A program made the translations under genes and the position numbers. Positions 28,901 to 42,300 of a DNA stretch of 64,000 nt are shown piece after piece. Within the stretch, counting starts at the first letter, position 1. Each line of letters starts with the position of its first letter. The DNA is from Balanoglossus misakiensis (Eukaryota; Animalia; Hemichordata). Location of the stretch: contig CM082584.2 in NCBI GenBank assembly GCA_040954595.2, forward strand, positions 8,203,919-8,267,918. The letters run 5' to 3'. The notes beneath the pieces were generated by a model. The model had not been told where the DNA came from and searched no databases. It saw nothing but the letters and a program-made list of their open reading frames with translations.

Positions 28901-31900
28901 TCATTCTGTTAAAGCTTTCCTTACAAGGGAGAATTGAAGACCAAATTTTGTCCGAACCATGATAGTGAACAGGCTAAGACATAAGAAGATTTCTGTTTTC
29001 AATTATTGCAGTGGTCTATGTGACACAGCCACAGTGATCATGCGTAGACCAAATATGGTCCTAGCATGTCACTTTTTACACACATTTTGATGTCATGTTG
29101 TCTTTTACCTCTGTGGGAATAGAGAACGTCAATGCAGAGTTATATAGAACAGGTAAAATTGTTGGCTGGCAGACGAGCTAGAGGAGTATGATTTGAAAGC
29201 AAGTTCGGGACATGGTTTTTGGAGAAAAAAATTCATGATCGGTTTTGTATCATTTATTCTTAGCACCAAGTGAGCCTCGCAGTGTTACTGCTGCAGTCAA
29301 AGACAAGAACAGTATAACGGTGAGCTGGGATCCTCCGTTGTATCCGCGAGGAATCATCCAGGAATACAAGATATACTGGAGAAGGACAGGAGAAGAAGAA
29401 TTGTGAGTGTGTATGCAGGGCTCGTTTTGTTCCTGGAAAACCATTCTTGGAATTTGGATTGTTCCAGGAAGTTTGTAATAGTCCCGGAAACTCTCGGAAA
29501 ATTGATTGACTGCCTGTGGTCCATTGACAAAAATCACAGTTACTTTGAAAGTATGTGTAACAAGTATAGAACATCTAGACAATCACATCTTTGCTTTATT
29601 TCCCTCCAAGAAATTTTGACACGGTGCCCCTGTCGTATCCGAGCCAAGAGTTGAAGTACGATGTGACAGGTTTGGAAGAGTACGTTCAGTACGAATTCCA
29701 CGTTCAGGCATTCACAACTATCGGTGGCGGTGGACTCTCAGAAGTTGCTTATCAGTACACTTTGGAAGGTGGTGAGTGCATTGGCCATTGGTCTCGTGTC
29801 ATTTAAGAAGAAAGAAATTGCATGGAACACGTGTAGTCCTGATGACAAATGCTGATGCCCATAATGAAACTGTACTTTTGGCATACATGTAGTTTGAAAT
29901 CATGTGACATTTTCTCTCTGATTTTCTTGTACAGTACCATCTGGTCCGCCGAGACACATCCAAGTGGAGCCAATTGACGATCCGACCAGACTTCAGCTAA
30001 CTTGGCAGCCACCGTGTTTGGATGAGAGGAAAGGCATTATCCGGGGTTACATTCTTTACTACTGTCAACTGCAGAATCTCTCCAGCTCACTTTCTTGTCT
30101 GGGTAATGATGTCTTAAGTTATTTTTACATAGCATTTTGAAACCAGCAACGTCACAGATCTGTCACAAGGCCTGCAACCCTTGTCACTCAGAATGCCGTA
30201 CAGCATGGTAGTATTATGAAAACTGATGGCCTGGGCCATTTTTGTCTCCTGTATAAGTTAAAAGCCAATTTTAAATAATGGTTAAAAAAAAGGCTGTCCC
30301 AGTCTTCTAAAGAACATACATGTACATGGCCATCCAATGAAAATATACATCATTGGCTAGACCTCAACTTGCGATGGTAACTATGGCCAAATTTGTATAG
30401 CTGACCATGTATGTGTGCCTTTAATGGGCTCTGGATGTCTTCACACAGATTCAACTACTAGGATGCGTAATGTATCTGCCGAGGTGTCACACGAAGTCAT
30501 GGTGGTAGAGCTAGAAGAACTGAAGCCATTCACCGAATATGCTGTGTGGTTGTCGGCCTACACCAGTATAGGAATATCCGGTCCCAACAGTACTGAGATG
30601 TGGAACAGGACATCTGAAGGAAGTGAGTGACTTTGGGATGGTTTGTTGGGCACTATTGGTTGTCATTAAAGGGACAATAACTGTAATTTTTGGGGTGGTT
30701 TTCTTAATTCTGTGTGTCAAGCACAACTTCTTGTTCTACTCCAAAAAGCATTTTTCTTGACAATAGCATATCAGATTATTTGCTGTAGTGTTCAAAATCC
30801 ACTTCTTGCAGTACATGCCCTAATCTAAGTTCACCTTTGACCCGTCTAGCTCCGAGCGCACCCCGGGGAGTGAAGGTCACCAACAGAACAGCCACTGAGA
30901 TCACCCTGGAATGGCAGCCGCCGTCAGAACCGAACGGCATCGTTGAAAATTACGTAGTGAGGTACAACAGTGAATCCATCGTGGCCAACCAGACCAGGGT
31001 CACGTTAATGCAGTTGCTTGGCTACACAACTTACGTCGTCACAGTTCAAGCGTGCACCGGGGCTGTTAGCATTCCCTGTGGAGATGCGTCTGATGAAGTG
31101 CGCCCACAAACGCTGATTGGAGGTAAGGTTTTTGGAAAATTACTAAAAATTTGTAATGTCTGTTTCTCAGCAGATCACTTCCACACTCTTCAGTGTTGTG
31201 CCTGGCTTAAATTTTCTTTATATTTGATGCAATAATACAATGTACATTCTGTTACTCTGCTAAAATGTTAGTTTCACTCATTAATTATCAAAACCGGGCC
31301 TCTTTCTTGGCCGCAGTACCCGGCAAGCCGAGCCCACCAGTGGTGTCCCTGAAGTCGCCGGGAAGCGCCGTGCTGACCGTTGCAGCGCTGTCGACGCCCG
31401 GCGGGCCAGCGGAGCACGTCAAGTACTGGGTCTTCTACAAGAAACCCGGCGACGCCGAGTACATGGAACACACCAGTGTGGCAGGCACCAGGCAGATCAG
31501 CAGCTCCGCCGGCGCGTACACGTACGCAGTTGAAGTGCACATCGATTGCGACGATGTGAAGACTGATGCAGATTACGTGTTCGCTGTGGCGGCCGTCAAC
31601 AGCCGAGGTGATGATTTGCTGGTCGGCCAAATGAGCGATCCCTCTGGCTCTGTTAAGCTGTGCTACCACAAGCCAGGTGAGTTGCTACAGAAAGTTAAAG
31701 GCACAGTAGATGTAACCTTTGATATTATCATTATTTTTGTTCTTTTTTTGTCGTACCACGATGTAATCCGTAGAAACTTTCTACAATTATAGACTTAATT
31801 TATTTATTTTCTATATTTTCCCTTGTTTTAACCCCCAGATATTGCCGTGATAGTGGCTTTAATCATAGTTGGAACCATTTTAGCTATAGCAATCATTTTG

Positions 31901-33788
31901 TGTGGGACATTTAGTTGGAGAAAGTACAAGAAGTCAGAATTTGCTCTACCGGTGCCTGCTGCTAAACTGCCACCTCTGGTGAGAAACAGATTCCACTTGT
32001 TCAGACTCCTCCTGTGTGTGCATATATTTGGGTGTGGCACTGGTTTATTATTTAGCTTGTACAAACCCGCGATTCACAACCTGGTCAGTGGTAATATTAA
32101 GACTTTTATACATATCGCTCAGTAAGTAAAGCCATGAAAGAATTTTTTTTATTTTTGACTAACAGGAGACTTACAATGAGCGAGACCCAGACAGGAAATA
32201 CACAGACGACACCCGCGAAGTGTATGACGTTCTTCAGAATCACCGAGTAGATGCCACACAGCTTAGCAACGGTTATGGGCCTCAGTCCAGGTACCAGCGA
32301 CAGAGTAGTGGAGGATGTAGTGATACCTCGCAGCGATCAGACTCCAGACTCATTCGAGACACCGACCGAGACGCACCGATCGACGAGGACGAAGACGAAG
32401 TGTTTCCGTTACAGTTTCAAGACTACCACAAGTCGAGGAAGCACCCGTTGAGGATAAACATCCCGAAGCATTACGTGAACTCTAACCACCAGGACGCAGG
32501 TTTGCTGGCCATCCACAGTCCCGATTCGGGTTTCATGGCCGGGTCGCCCGGGTATACTGTGGTGCACGACCAGCTGCCCCTCGTTGGGTTTAGCTCCACC
32601 GGCAGTAGTCAGGATGACAGCGTGTCCGAACACTTGCAGATGTCGGACTTCAGCAACGGCCGTAACGCCCCTCCCCACGCGCAACAGGGCAACCGTTTGA
32701 CGAGCATCGATTCGGGATTCGGATTCAACTGTCTGAGCCCCACCGATTCGTCGGCACCGATATCGATCTCCGGATTTCTGCCGTCCGAGACTACCAACGT
32801 CAATTACTCCCAGCTCAGCCCGGACGGCAAACTGGCGCCGGTCAGTTTGGACGAGTCCGGTGGCTCTCACGTTGCCGTGGATATAGACTCGGGACACTGC
32901 CTGGAGAGCGTCGACTACCAGCAGCTGAGCCCGGAGGGGAAACTGGCCCCGGTCACCATGCTCTGTCCGGAGGACGACACGCGGTCGGCAGACCAGATAG
33001 GAGGCGGCTTGGAGTACAGCAGGATAGCTGCTGATGGCACCTTGTCCCCAGTCAGAAAGTCGGAGCCGAATGTGCACTTCAAAGGCGACATGATTGTGCC
33101 GCCGGCGGACGTCACAGTCATGAGCGTCCACGGGGCAACTTCTGGACAGGATGGGGACATGTGCTACGTCTCAGAAGAGAACATGAAGAACCCAACGTCT
33201 AGCCCTGCAAAAGATAGAGTACCAGGTGGTGAGATTTCACTGGACAGCAGCAAAGATACCTCAGGCTCTGCAAGACATTCAGGAGAGCACGGAGGAAAGA
33301 TAAAATTAGATGCACCACCTGCATCGGAATACGTCCCAATTGAGGATCCAATGCCTACAAAAGACAGGCCGTTCATGCGCGACATTAACCAGATGGACAA
33401 CCCTTCCCATGGCAACAGGGTGCATATACACGCCCTCTTGGACAATCCAAACTATGTGCCAAGCACCGGTTACGCCCCTGGCACTGACAATAATCACAGG
33501 ACTCCCGTAAATTCGGAAAAACCTAGCAGTAGTGGCCCGGTGTATGTGAACATTGATTCTGCACCATCTGACACAAACACTGACACACAGGACAGTGGTG
33601 ACAGACCACACTATGTGAATGACAGTGTCACAAAAGGCAGTCCAGCTGATGCTGCTGGTGATGTGAAATCAAAACCTCGGACAGATTCAACTCCACATGA
33701 GTACATCATTCAGGACAGTGTTGCCAATCCTAACCCAACTAATAAACCTGTCGCAGATGGGCAGTATGTTCAACATGCAGATGTGTGA
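25932..33788 (+). CDS. Gene B: complete gp130/Domeless-like class I cytokine receptor (signal-Ig-CHR-5xFN3-TM-long Tyr-rich tail)
   Basis: Exons: 25932-25995 (signal), 26323-26586 (Ig), 26729-26867 and 27046-27230 (CHR D1, FSCHSFNAFDILCTWD), 27381-27547 and 27712-27868 (D2, WGDWS at 27823-27837). FN3 exons are 28190-28278, 28455-28578, 28772-28870, 29264-29402, 29611-29771, 29935-30102, 30449-30622, 30850-31122 and 31317-31676. Then TM plus Box1-like LPVP at 31839-31978 and the cytoplasmic exon 32166-33788. All junctions are phase compatible. Confidence 0.92.
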
Positions 33789-36225
33789 AACCTATACCTT
33801 GAACTATAACCACCTAAACTTGTTTGTTTTAATAATATCACAGGTTGACCATGTGTAGGCCAGTTATGAAAATGTTTTGAAATACATGTACCACTTCCAT
33901 TTTTAATAGCACTATCACCATTTGCAAGGAGTTCTTAACTTTTGTTGCATATGGTACTATTACCCACGGAATTTACAAGAACTGGTCAAAATTTCTTGCC
34001 CATTCAAGAAAAATGGACACATACCGTCAAGAGGAAAAGTTGGTCATCAACCTTGTTCAAATCATTAAAATCAGAACCACATTACCTGAGAATTTTCCAA
34101 GACTTTGCGTTGGAAGAAACTGCCGACCTTAAACGATTGCCTTTCTTGAAAAGGACGACGATGTTAATTTCGTTTTTAAAATCATGCCAAGTACAGCTAA
34201 ACAAGAATGGTTGATACCATTTAATATGCTAAATCCTGCCAGAAATCTGTATGATATAAAGTGCTAAATAATAAACTCTATAGACGTAGACAAATTAACT
34301 CTATAGACATACAGTTACATAAATTTGCATACTAGATACTGTGTATTTTCCATCAAGTATTAAAACTACAGATGTTTTGAAACAAAATTGTAATAAATAT
34401 ATCCCAATGAATTTATATATATTCTATATATCCAGAAATGACATATAATTATGTAGCTAGTTTTACACAGAGAACGAAATTTTTAAAAAGAATTTTGAAA
34501 TATTTTATGTATTCAAATGTAGGTTGCTAATGGTAGTCAAAAATATTCATGCATTTTCTTAGGTAGTCAATGGCTTTGATAAAGAAGAGCTTTCGTATTG
34601 AGGTTCTGTTACACGCTCATTCACATACAGAGTGGGTGTTCTTTATCAGGTGGTGATGAAAGAGTATGAGAAGGGCATTTGCACAAAATATTTTCCACAG
34701 CCAAAAGTGTCCTCTGTCGCCAAGGAGGGCTTGCTGGTCCAAGTCCTCATGCGGGTGTTTTCAGAACCCTAATTAACAAGCAGGCATAGTATATAAAAAT
34801 AAAATTTTACTATATATAAAATAACATTTTATGTACCAGGATGTTAAAATGATGCACAAAAGTGATTTTTATACAAAACGGAGCAGACTGATATGTATTA
34901 TATTTTGGTTGTGATTCGATCATTCTGTGTCGTAACAACGGATTTTATACTAAACTTACAGGAAACCTTGAGAGATTTGGATTTCTAGAGATTGCACGTG
35001 TTTTTAGCTTCCAATGACATGAGTTCATTAAACAAGTAATTGTTTCGGTGTGTTATATGTCAACTGTGTCATTTTCAACAACAATTCCTAAGCCCACCTG
35101 TGGCTTAACTATTGGCCTGATGCTGACCTTGTTGAACTCTTCTCGCTTGCATAAAATCCATTGAAAGCTGTATATAATGTCAGGTCAGAACGGTTGACGC
35201 ACTTAGATTAAAAGTACACCGAGCCCGTTGTTTCCACGAGCTCCTAATAGTGTCTGGTTTTCGGAGTAGTGCACTACCAATGGGGCTAGTGTTTTTTTTT
35301 CGTAACGTGGATATGTAGGCCTATAAAAATATAAAAGTGCTCCAAACATCTTGCACCAAAACAAACTCATTTACGTACATGACTTGCACACACACACAAA
35401 ACTGAGCCTCATTTAATTACGTGCATGAAAAAAATACCGGCCCACCCCGGCGTACGTTTAAACATTCAAGGGATTTTATATTGTGATATTGATAATTAAT
35501 AATACTAACAAAGCAACACAGGGGGCGCTTTTGTACGACGTAACTGTGGCAGCACGCCCACTAACGTCCAGTAGCTGGTTCACTTCCCAGTTTCAACCGC
35601 TGGGTGCGCTGTGCTTTCCACGCAGCACGTGGCTGACAAGTTTGTCTGTCAGTCTGTACTTTTGAATGCACATATTACAGGGCCCTGACACAGTGGGCGG
35701 TTGCTATGGCAAGGGCCAAGTGGCTTGCAAAAAACCGCATGCAATGCGATTTTAAAGCGATTCAGAAGTGCGGTACATGTGCGTGGGTGAGAATTGACGC
35801 GTCAGAGGGCAAAAACGCTTAAAACATGACCGAAACCATGACGTCAGTTTACATTTAATCTGAAATCGTAAAAAGGTGGGATAGGTCCTATGACCTCTTG
35901 TGATGGACAACTGCTACGAAGAAAGGCTAGACCCTAGAGGAAAATGCAAGAAACAAAATGACAACGTCGCATTTCTGACTGTGAAATTTCATAAACAAAG
36001 CTTGATCTCATCCACTAGAATTCATGGAAATTAAATGTACTCAGCTGAGACATTACATTTTTATTTTTCATTGAAATATTGCACTTTTTTTAAATACTGG
36101 AATTTTCCATTTTCTTTAATTTTTGGCCATTTTGTCATAAATAAAAGTTGATCTTGATATCATTTAAAAGACACAACTAAAAGCATATATGAGATTATTT
36201 AAAAGAGGTTTCCATAGCGTGGTGT

Positions 36226-36237
36226 GGCCCCGCCCCC
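36226..36237. promoter_or_regulatory. GC box upstream of gene C exon 1
   Basis: ggccccgcccc about 100 bp upstream of the signal-peptide ATG. Confidence 0.45.
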
Positions 36238-36335
36238 TTTCAGATCACATGCACACACATCGTACGGCTGATGTCATATACTCAATGGCGAGAAGGGGAC
36301 CGAGCGGCTGACACGGCCACCATGGTGAAGTCGTC

Positions 36336-39300
36336 ATGGCACCAGAGCGTCGTTTGTCGAAGTTGGTCGTCACTTTGACGGTGTTGACCTGTGCGAGCCT
36401 TCGCTCCGTCCAAGGTAAGAAGGTCGACCCTGCGGGGACGCAGCTGCTGGTCTCAAATTCGAACGCAAATCTTTCAACAAGTTGTTCAGTATCCGTAACG
36501 TGATATAGGCCTCGACTCGTTTAATACGCTTATCAGTTTACCGTGCACCGTGTATTGTAGATCGAACTTTGCAAAATATGTGGACTTTGGTAAAGTTGAA
36601 TTGATAATCAAACAGGATCTCTGCCAACGCATCTATGCATGCTCCAATGTGGTAATCCGCTACTTGGCCTCATGATCATTACACGCAGGGATGCAGGTGT
36701 CCATTTCAGGCTTCGGTGCGGATTTATCCTGAAGTGAACTTGCGATAATACAAGACGTCTTGAAAGCAGTGTGGTGTCATTTTTTCAAAATTCCGCTAGT
36801 TTTTGTGACTTTGAGAGACTCTTTTGTATATATTTGATCCTCATTTCTGTCATAATAATGCACTATTTAGTCGGATTTACTCCATTTTCGGTTCATCATC
36901 GTCCCACTTCTAAGAAGCTAATGCACGTCACCATAACGGCCTGTACCAGGAACTCGCATCTCACAAATACGGGGAAGTGCTTTACACTTTATCTAGGTCA
37001 TCATTCCTCGCTTTACTGCACAACACGCGTTGTTAATATTATCAAACTAAAAAAATGTCGTGTTGTACGTGTACGATGTTTTTTTTTTGCGAAGAATTTG
37101 AATGGATGCTCAAGGAAACTAGGCCTGACAGTGCGAACCTGACACGCCACGCGTTGGCGTAAAAACGAAAGTAGTCCCGGTAAAGCGAAAATTCATGTGC
37201 GTCAGCGTGATATGGTGACGCATCACATCGATTGAAAGCGACCAAGCCGTTAAATTTTCACATTATTTAATAATTTGGGGTTATTTTTTTGTTTTTATGG
37301 GTTATTTATGTTTCTGCACACTTAAACATGCGCGATGACAGGTTGTTAATATTCAACTGTCCCTTTACATGGGGAAACAGGAGAATACACATCTGCAATA
37401 TAATTTTCAGTACTGCCCGAAAATTAAGTGTTTGACGTTTTCATATGTCCTTGTGCACACAATTTCAGTGGGTAGAACGACATGAATGCTCTGGAATTTC
37501 ATGCACAAACCATTTTACAGAGTGATTTTCTATTGAATGGATATTCATTTGCCCAAGAGACACTTGTCTTAATTGTGAAAGGGAAAGCGGATCATGCATG
37601 CCAATTAAAGACAGGGAAAGATGATTCTATTACGGCCAAGGACAACTTCCCACTTTTTGTGCGTAAATCTGTGAAAGGAAAAATAAATAGTGATAAATAC
37701 TGTCGCAGCAAATGATCCTTAACTTCTGCTTGTAGTGAACTGTGATGAATTATAGGTCATTATTCTTTTATGTTTTCTGTTCATTTGACACTGGAGCTGT
37801 TATTAACGATGTTGCTGTGGCTGAATTATAAGAATTATACATCCTCATAATGAACTCTTTTGTTTTATGTGATGATATATTCACGGTAAAATTACGTGAT
37901 ATAATTTACATATATGTGAGAGGCTGTTGTCAATTAAAACGTGTGTAAGATTTTCTGTGGTGGTGGACATGAAATGTTCAAATCCTATTCAAATTCAACC
38001 ACTGTTACCATAGAAAATTCAAATCTAAATCTAGCAATCGCAGATTGTAAGCTCGGACTCTGTGTGTGTGAAAATTTCAAGGTGTCAGTTGCAGAATTTC
38101 TGCCCCTGCACCAATAACCCACAATTCATCGCATTTCATTATTGTGCACCTTAATTTACTTCTTTCGTTCTGTGTTGTCAAGGTGTTCTATTCAATTCGT
38201 GGTCTTTCAGTTTGATGGGTTCCTGGAAGACTGACTTCAGCGTCTATTGAATTCCGGCCAGTAGTGCCCTGTGGGTTTTTCCCACTGCGCTCATTCATTT
38301 CTTTGTGTGAAAGTTGATGTATTTGTTGTTTGTTAGAGCAGGACAATGTGACCAGGCACTTTTGTGAAAGTGACCCCAAATAAAAAATCCCAAGGACAAC
38401 TTCTGTTTAGGATAATGTTTCGTGAAGATTGGCACTGCTGGGCAAATAGAGAGAGCTTCTCTTTTCAGATTCCGAAACAAAGTGACGTTATGGAAAAATG
38501 TGACCCCCTTGCAATAGTGGAAGTGCTTAAATTCGTGGTATAAGTCGGTTTATATTGCAACTCGTAACAATGCGTTACGCTTGATATCACCACACTTTTT
38601 GTCATCAGTTTGCAAAACTCACTTGGCCTGCATCCTCATGAATTTTACAAACGGATGACGTACTAAGTGTTGTCATATCAAGCATAACGCATCGTTACTC
38701 CTGCAATAACCTATACTTAATACATTGTTTGACTTCTATAAGTTATAACTTGTATTGTATAACTTTGGTTATCTTTTCAATATTTGTATTCATTTGTGAT
38801 AAAAACAGCTTCCTGAGTTCTCTATGGCCTGTACATGTGTAATAAACACCCAATGCTTATGTTCACAAATGGCAACAGTGCCAAACACAGTGGCTATTAG
38901 TGATAAGATAAACAGTGGGCATTTATTTAATCGAGCCCCGGGGCATTGAACGCAAAACTTCAAATAGAACACTGACAGACTCATCTGGGTCAGTAACAAA
39001 GATGTTTTTGTACCCTGCACAATCTTTATATTTGCATGATACGTACATGTGTATGTCTGTCACAAATATACATGTTGTCACAAGTCAGTGGTAATGGATG
39101 AGTTCCCTTTAGACAACACTTCTCTTAAATTAGCTGTTGACAGGATAGCCTGTTTGCATGGGTACGAGGCTAGAGATGTAGACTGAATGGTATAATAATT
39201 CTGTCACCAATTGCATTTTTTAAAGTTTTTATGTTATTCTGCTCACTGAAACACTTAATTCACAAGCAGGTTAGACTTAGAAGTAGAACAGAGCTGCTGT

Positions 39301-42300
39301 GTTGGATGCTAATTAGCTAACATGAGTCCATAAATTAGAATAATTTTAAGGGATATATGACAGGTACAGTGTGTAAAATGATATAATACTGATAGCCACG
39401 ACCCAAATAATGTCAAATGTCAGAGGAGAGAGCGGCGTTGTCAATAAAATTCCTACCAACAGAACTCTCCTGTGGCCAGTGGCTGTAAGTCTGTACTGTC
39501 AACTTGTATATACAGACTGCCATGCAGTGTTATTGTCAGGATCATGTAGTGACCGTTAAAAAATGAAGCTGAGAGAAATTTATGGTTCCATGCAATAAAA
39601 CCATTTGTGAATGTGAATGTGGTGGCCAGTGATCTATATTTGTATGTGTAACAACTATAAATGTGTCAACTTGCTCCCCTAGGTTCTTGACTTATACTTA
39701 TAGAAGTATTTCTGCATATTTCTCATATCGGTATAAAATCAACAGGTGAAATTATTGCGGTGGAGATAAGTGTGTGTACATGTACGCCGACCATATTGAC
39801 TCTTGTCTTATTAATACAATGGGATCGGGTACAAGATTTACTGCTGTACTGTACTAGAGAAGTTGTGCAGTAATGACATGACGCCACTCTAAAAGCATTT
39901 CTTAAGCAAACACACAAGTTGTAAATAACTCAAAACCACAGAAGGGTCACATGGTTGTGTATGTTAACTGTTTGTGGAATTTATTCTATCCTATGTGAAG
40001 TTTGACGACTGTACATGTACATTACATTTGTACCGCTGGGTCTCACTGTTACAGTGGCTGCCACAGAGAGATTTTAATTACTTTAATATTTACACAAACT
40101 TTTAATATGTATGCCTTTGAGGTGTGTTTGGTCTTTTGTGTACTTAGTCAAACACAGGTTAATCAGTAATAAAATGCTTCCTCACACTTCAGTGCATTTG
40201 ATCGGTTGCCCACGCTGTTTTGTTCATATATACTCTATCCATTGTGCAGGTCCCAGAGCTGTTAGCACTGTAGTCTTAATTATAATTGAGTTGTAAAGTA
40301 ATGCAGTAGCAAAGTCAACTCAAAGGCCTCTGGATTACCGATAAGACGTGGAATGTGAGACTGTCCACATCCACACTGAGAGGGGCTTCTTTGACAGGCA
40401 CTCATTGCCTTGCTCTGCCAGCATGCAAAGATTTCATACTACCGGGTATAAAACAAAGTACCTGAGGTATAAAAGTATAAAGCCTATTTACTCATAACAC
40501 ACAAGTATAACTTTTATATCTGAGTAAATGGCTTGGAATTACCTTACAAAAGAGCTTTTGATAGATTAAATGACACTTGAAAGTTGGTAATTTGTTTATA
40601 ACGTTGTCAATCATGATGAATATACATGTAATTTGTATATTGCTGATTGAGAGCCTCCGCAAGGCTGGACTCAGAACCACCATTGAATGTTTTACAGTAT
40701 TTTATTTTCATGATTTGTAGGGGTCCAACTTTATTAAAAGGTAGGAACGAATTTTGAAAAGGTCCTCCCACACACTCTAATGCTGGAGAAAAAGGAGTTT
40801 GTCCACTCAATATTTGCTTGGCAACATTAACATATTACCGGTATACATCGTGAAGTGTGCAGGAAATCGTGACTTAAAATGGTCACCACTGTCACTTTTA
40901 TACATCCATCAGTCAACCTTTAAACCCTGTGGGTGGTTTTATGAGCTTGTTTCTGAATTGAAACGCTGCAAAATAAATAATGAAAGTTAATAGAAAATGA
41001 CCCAAATAGCTGGCATGTTGCCAGTCTGTATATAGTGAGTTTTTCCTTATTGTTGTCACAGATCTTTTAATTTACGCCGAGTATGAACACCCACGTGAAA
41101 ATAGGATTCCTGAATGGTTGCTGATACCAGTTGGGTTTCAGTTCATGTCTGTGCCTGAAATTGAAGTAAGGGAACACTTCCCTCTTGTAAAAAATTGTTA
41201 AAAGGACATGTCTGGTGTGCAAACCACAGCTTGTCATTTTCTCCTTTTAAGAAGAGAAAAAGTTTAAAATGTTGACTTCTAAGGTGCATACTACCTTAAA
41301 CCATATACAGAGAACTTCTATCTTTACTTAAAACCATGAGATGCCAGTTTTGTGAAAACATGGCTGACTTTTTACCCACAATGCATTTTGATCTGCACTT
41401 ACCAGTATGTCTGAAAACAATCATTGTGATTGTTTCAGTTGGTCTGTGCGAATTCCAATAACACCCAAATGATATCATCATTACATACAGTGCTACACCA
41501 GACATCTAGTGTCTCATGGTTATATTTAGGAATGGGTGTCATTGAAGTTTATTGATTTATCTGTCTTTTATAAGGTTAATGTTGTTTGGATACAGCTTGT
41601 TGTCAGGTAGTCCAAAGGTCACAGTGTTGTGTCCGCCTGGTATTTGATGGAATGATTGGACATGGGTGATTAGCTGGTGTTTTTTGACTGAATATCGATT
41701 TGCTGTAAAAACATTTATCTCAATTGACATAACTCAATTTTTTGTTTTGCTCAACTGTTTCACCATACTGGGTTTAAGCTTGATCACCCGACTGTCAAAT
41801 GATCAGCTGGTTGCTCATTCTTCTCTACAATCACACACGGGAAGATAATAATTAATTAGACAAGTTAGATAGACCAGCCCTGCATGGGAAGACATAAGCT
41901 CAGATTGAATATAAATTAAGATGTGGATTCATTCTGTTAAGCTTGTTTCGAACTCTCTTTGTCCTGATAAAAGATGTAAACTTGTTGCAAGTTTGTGTCC
42001 CACCCCATGCTATCCGTTTGGAATGAATATGTCAGGAGTGTTTTTGAGGGGAGCCTCAAGGGGGAGCCCCGGTGCATATTCCCATTAAAGACATGACGGC
42101 AACTGTTGTCATAGCAATAGTTGTAGTGAACAGTAGCCCAGCAGTCAGGCGTGAATATGTGCCTTATAAGCTTTACTGTCCATGTTTACATTTCTACTTT
42201 TTTAAATATCCTGGATTATAAGTGGTAATCAACAGGTGGTCATTTGATCTGACCAAAATATACAGTGAATCCAGGTACATGTATGGGGTCCAGCAGCATG

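Noticed and set aside
32409-33611. Long antisense and alternate-frame ORFs over the gene B tail exon
   Set aside because: Shadow ORFs of a GC-rich coding exon with no recognisable motifs or splice context.
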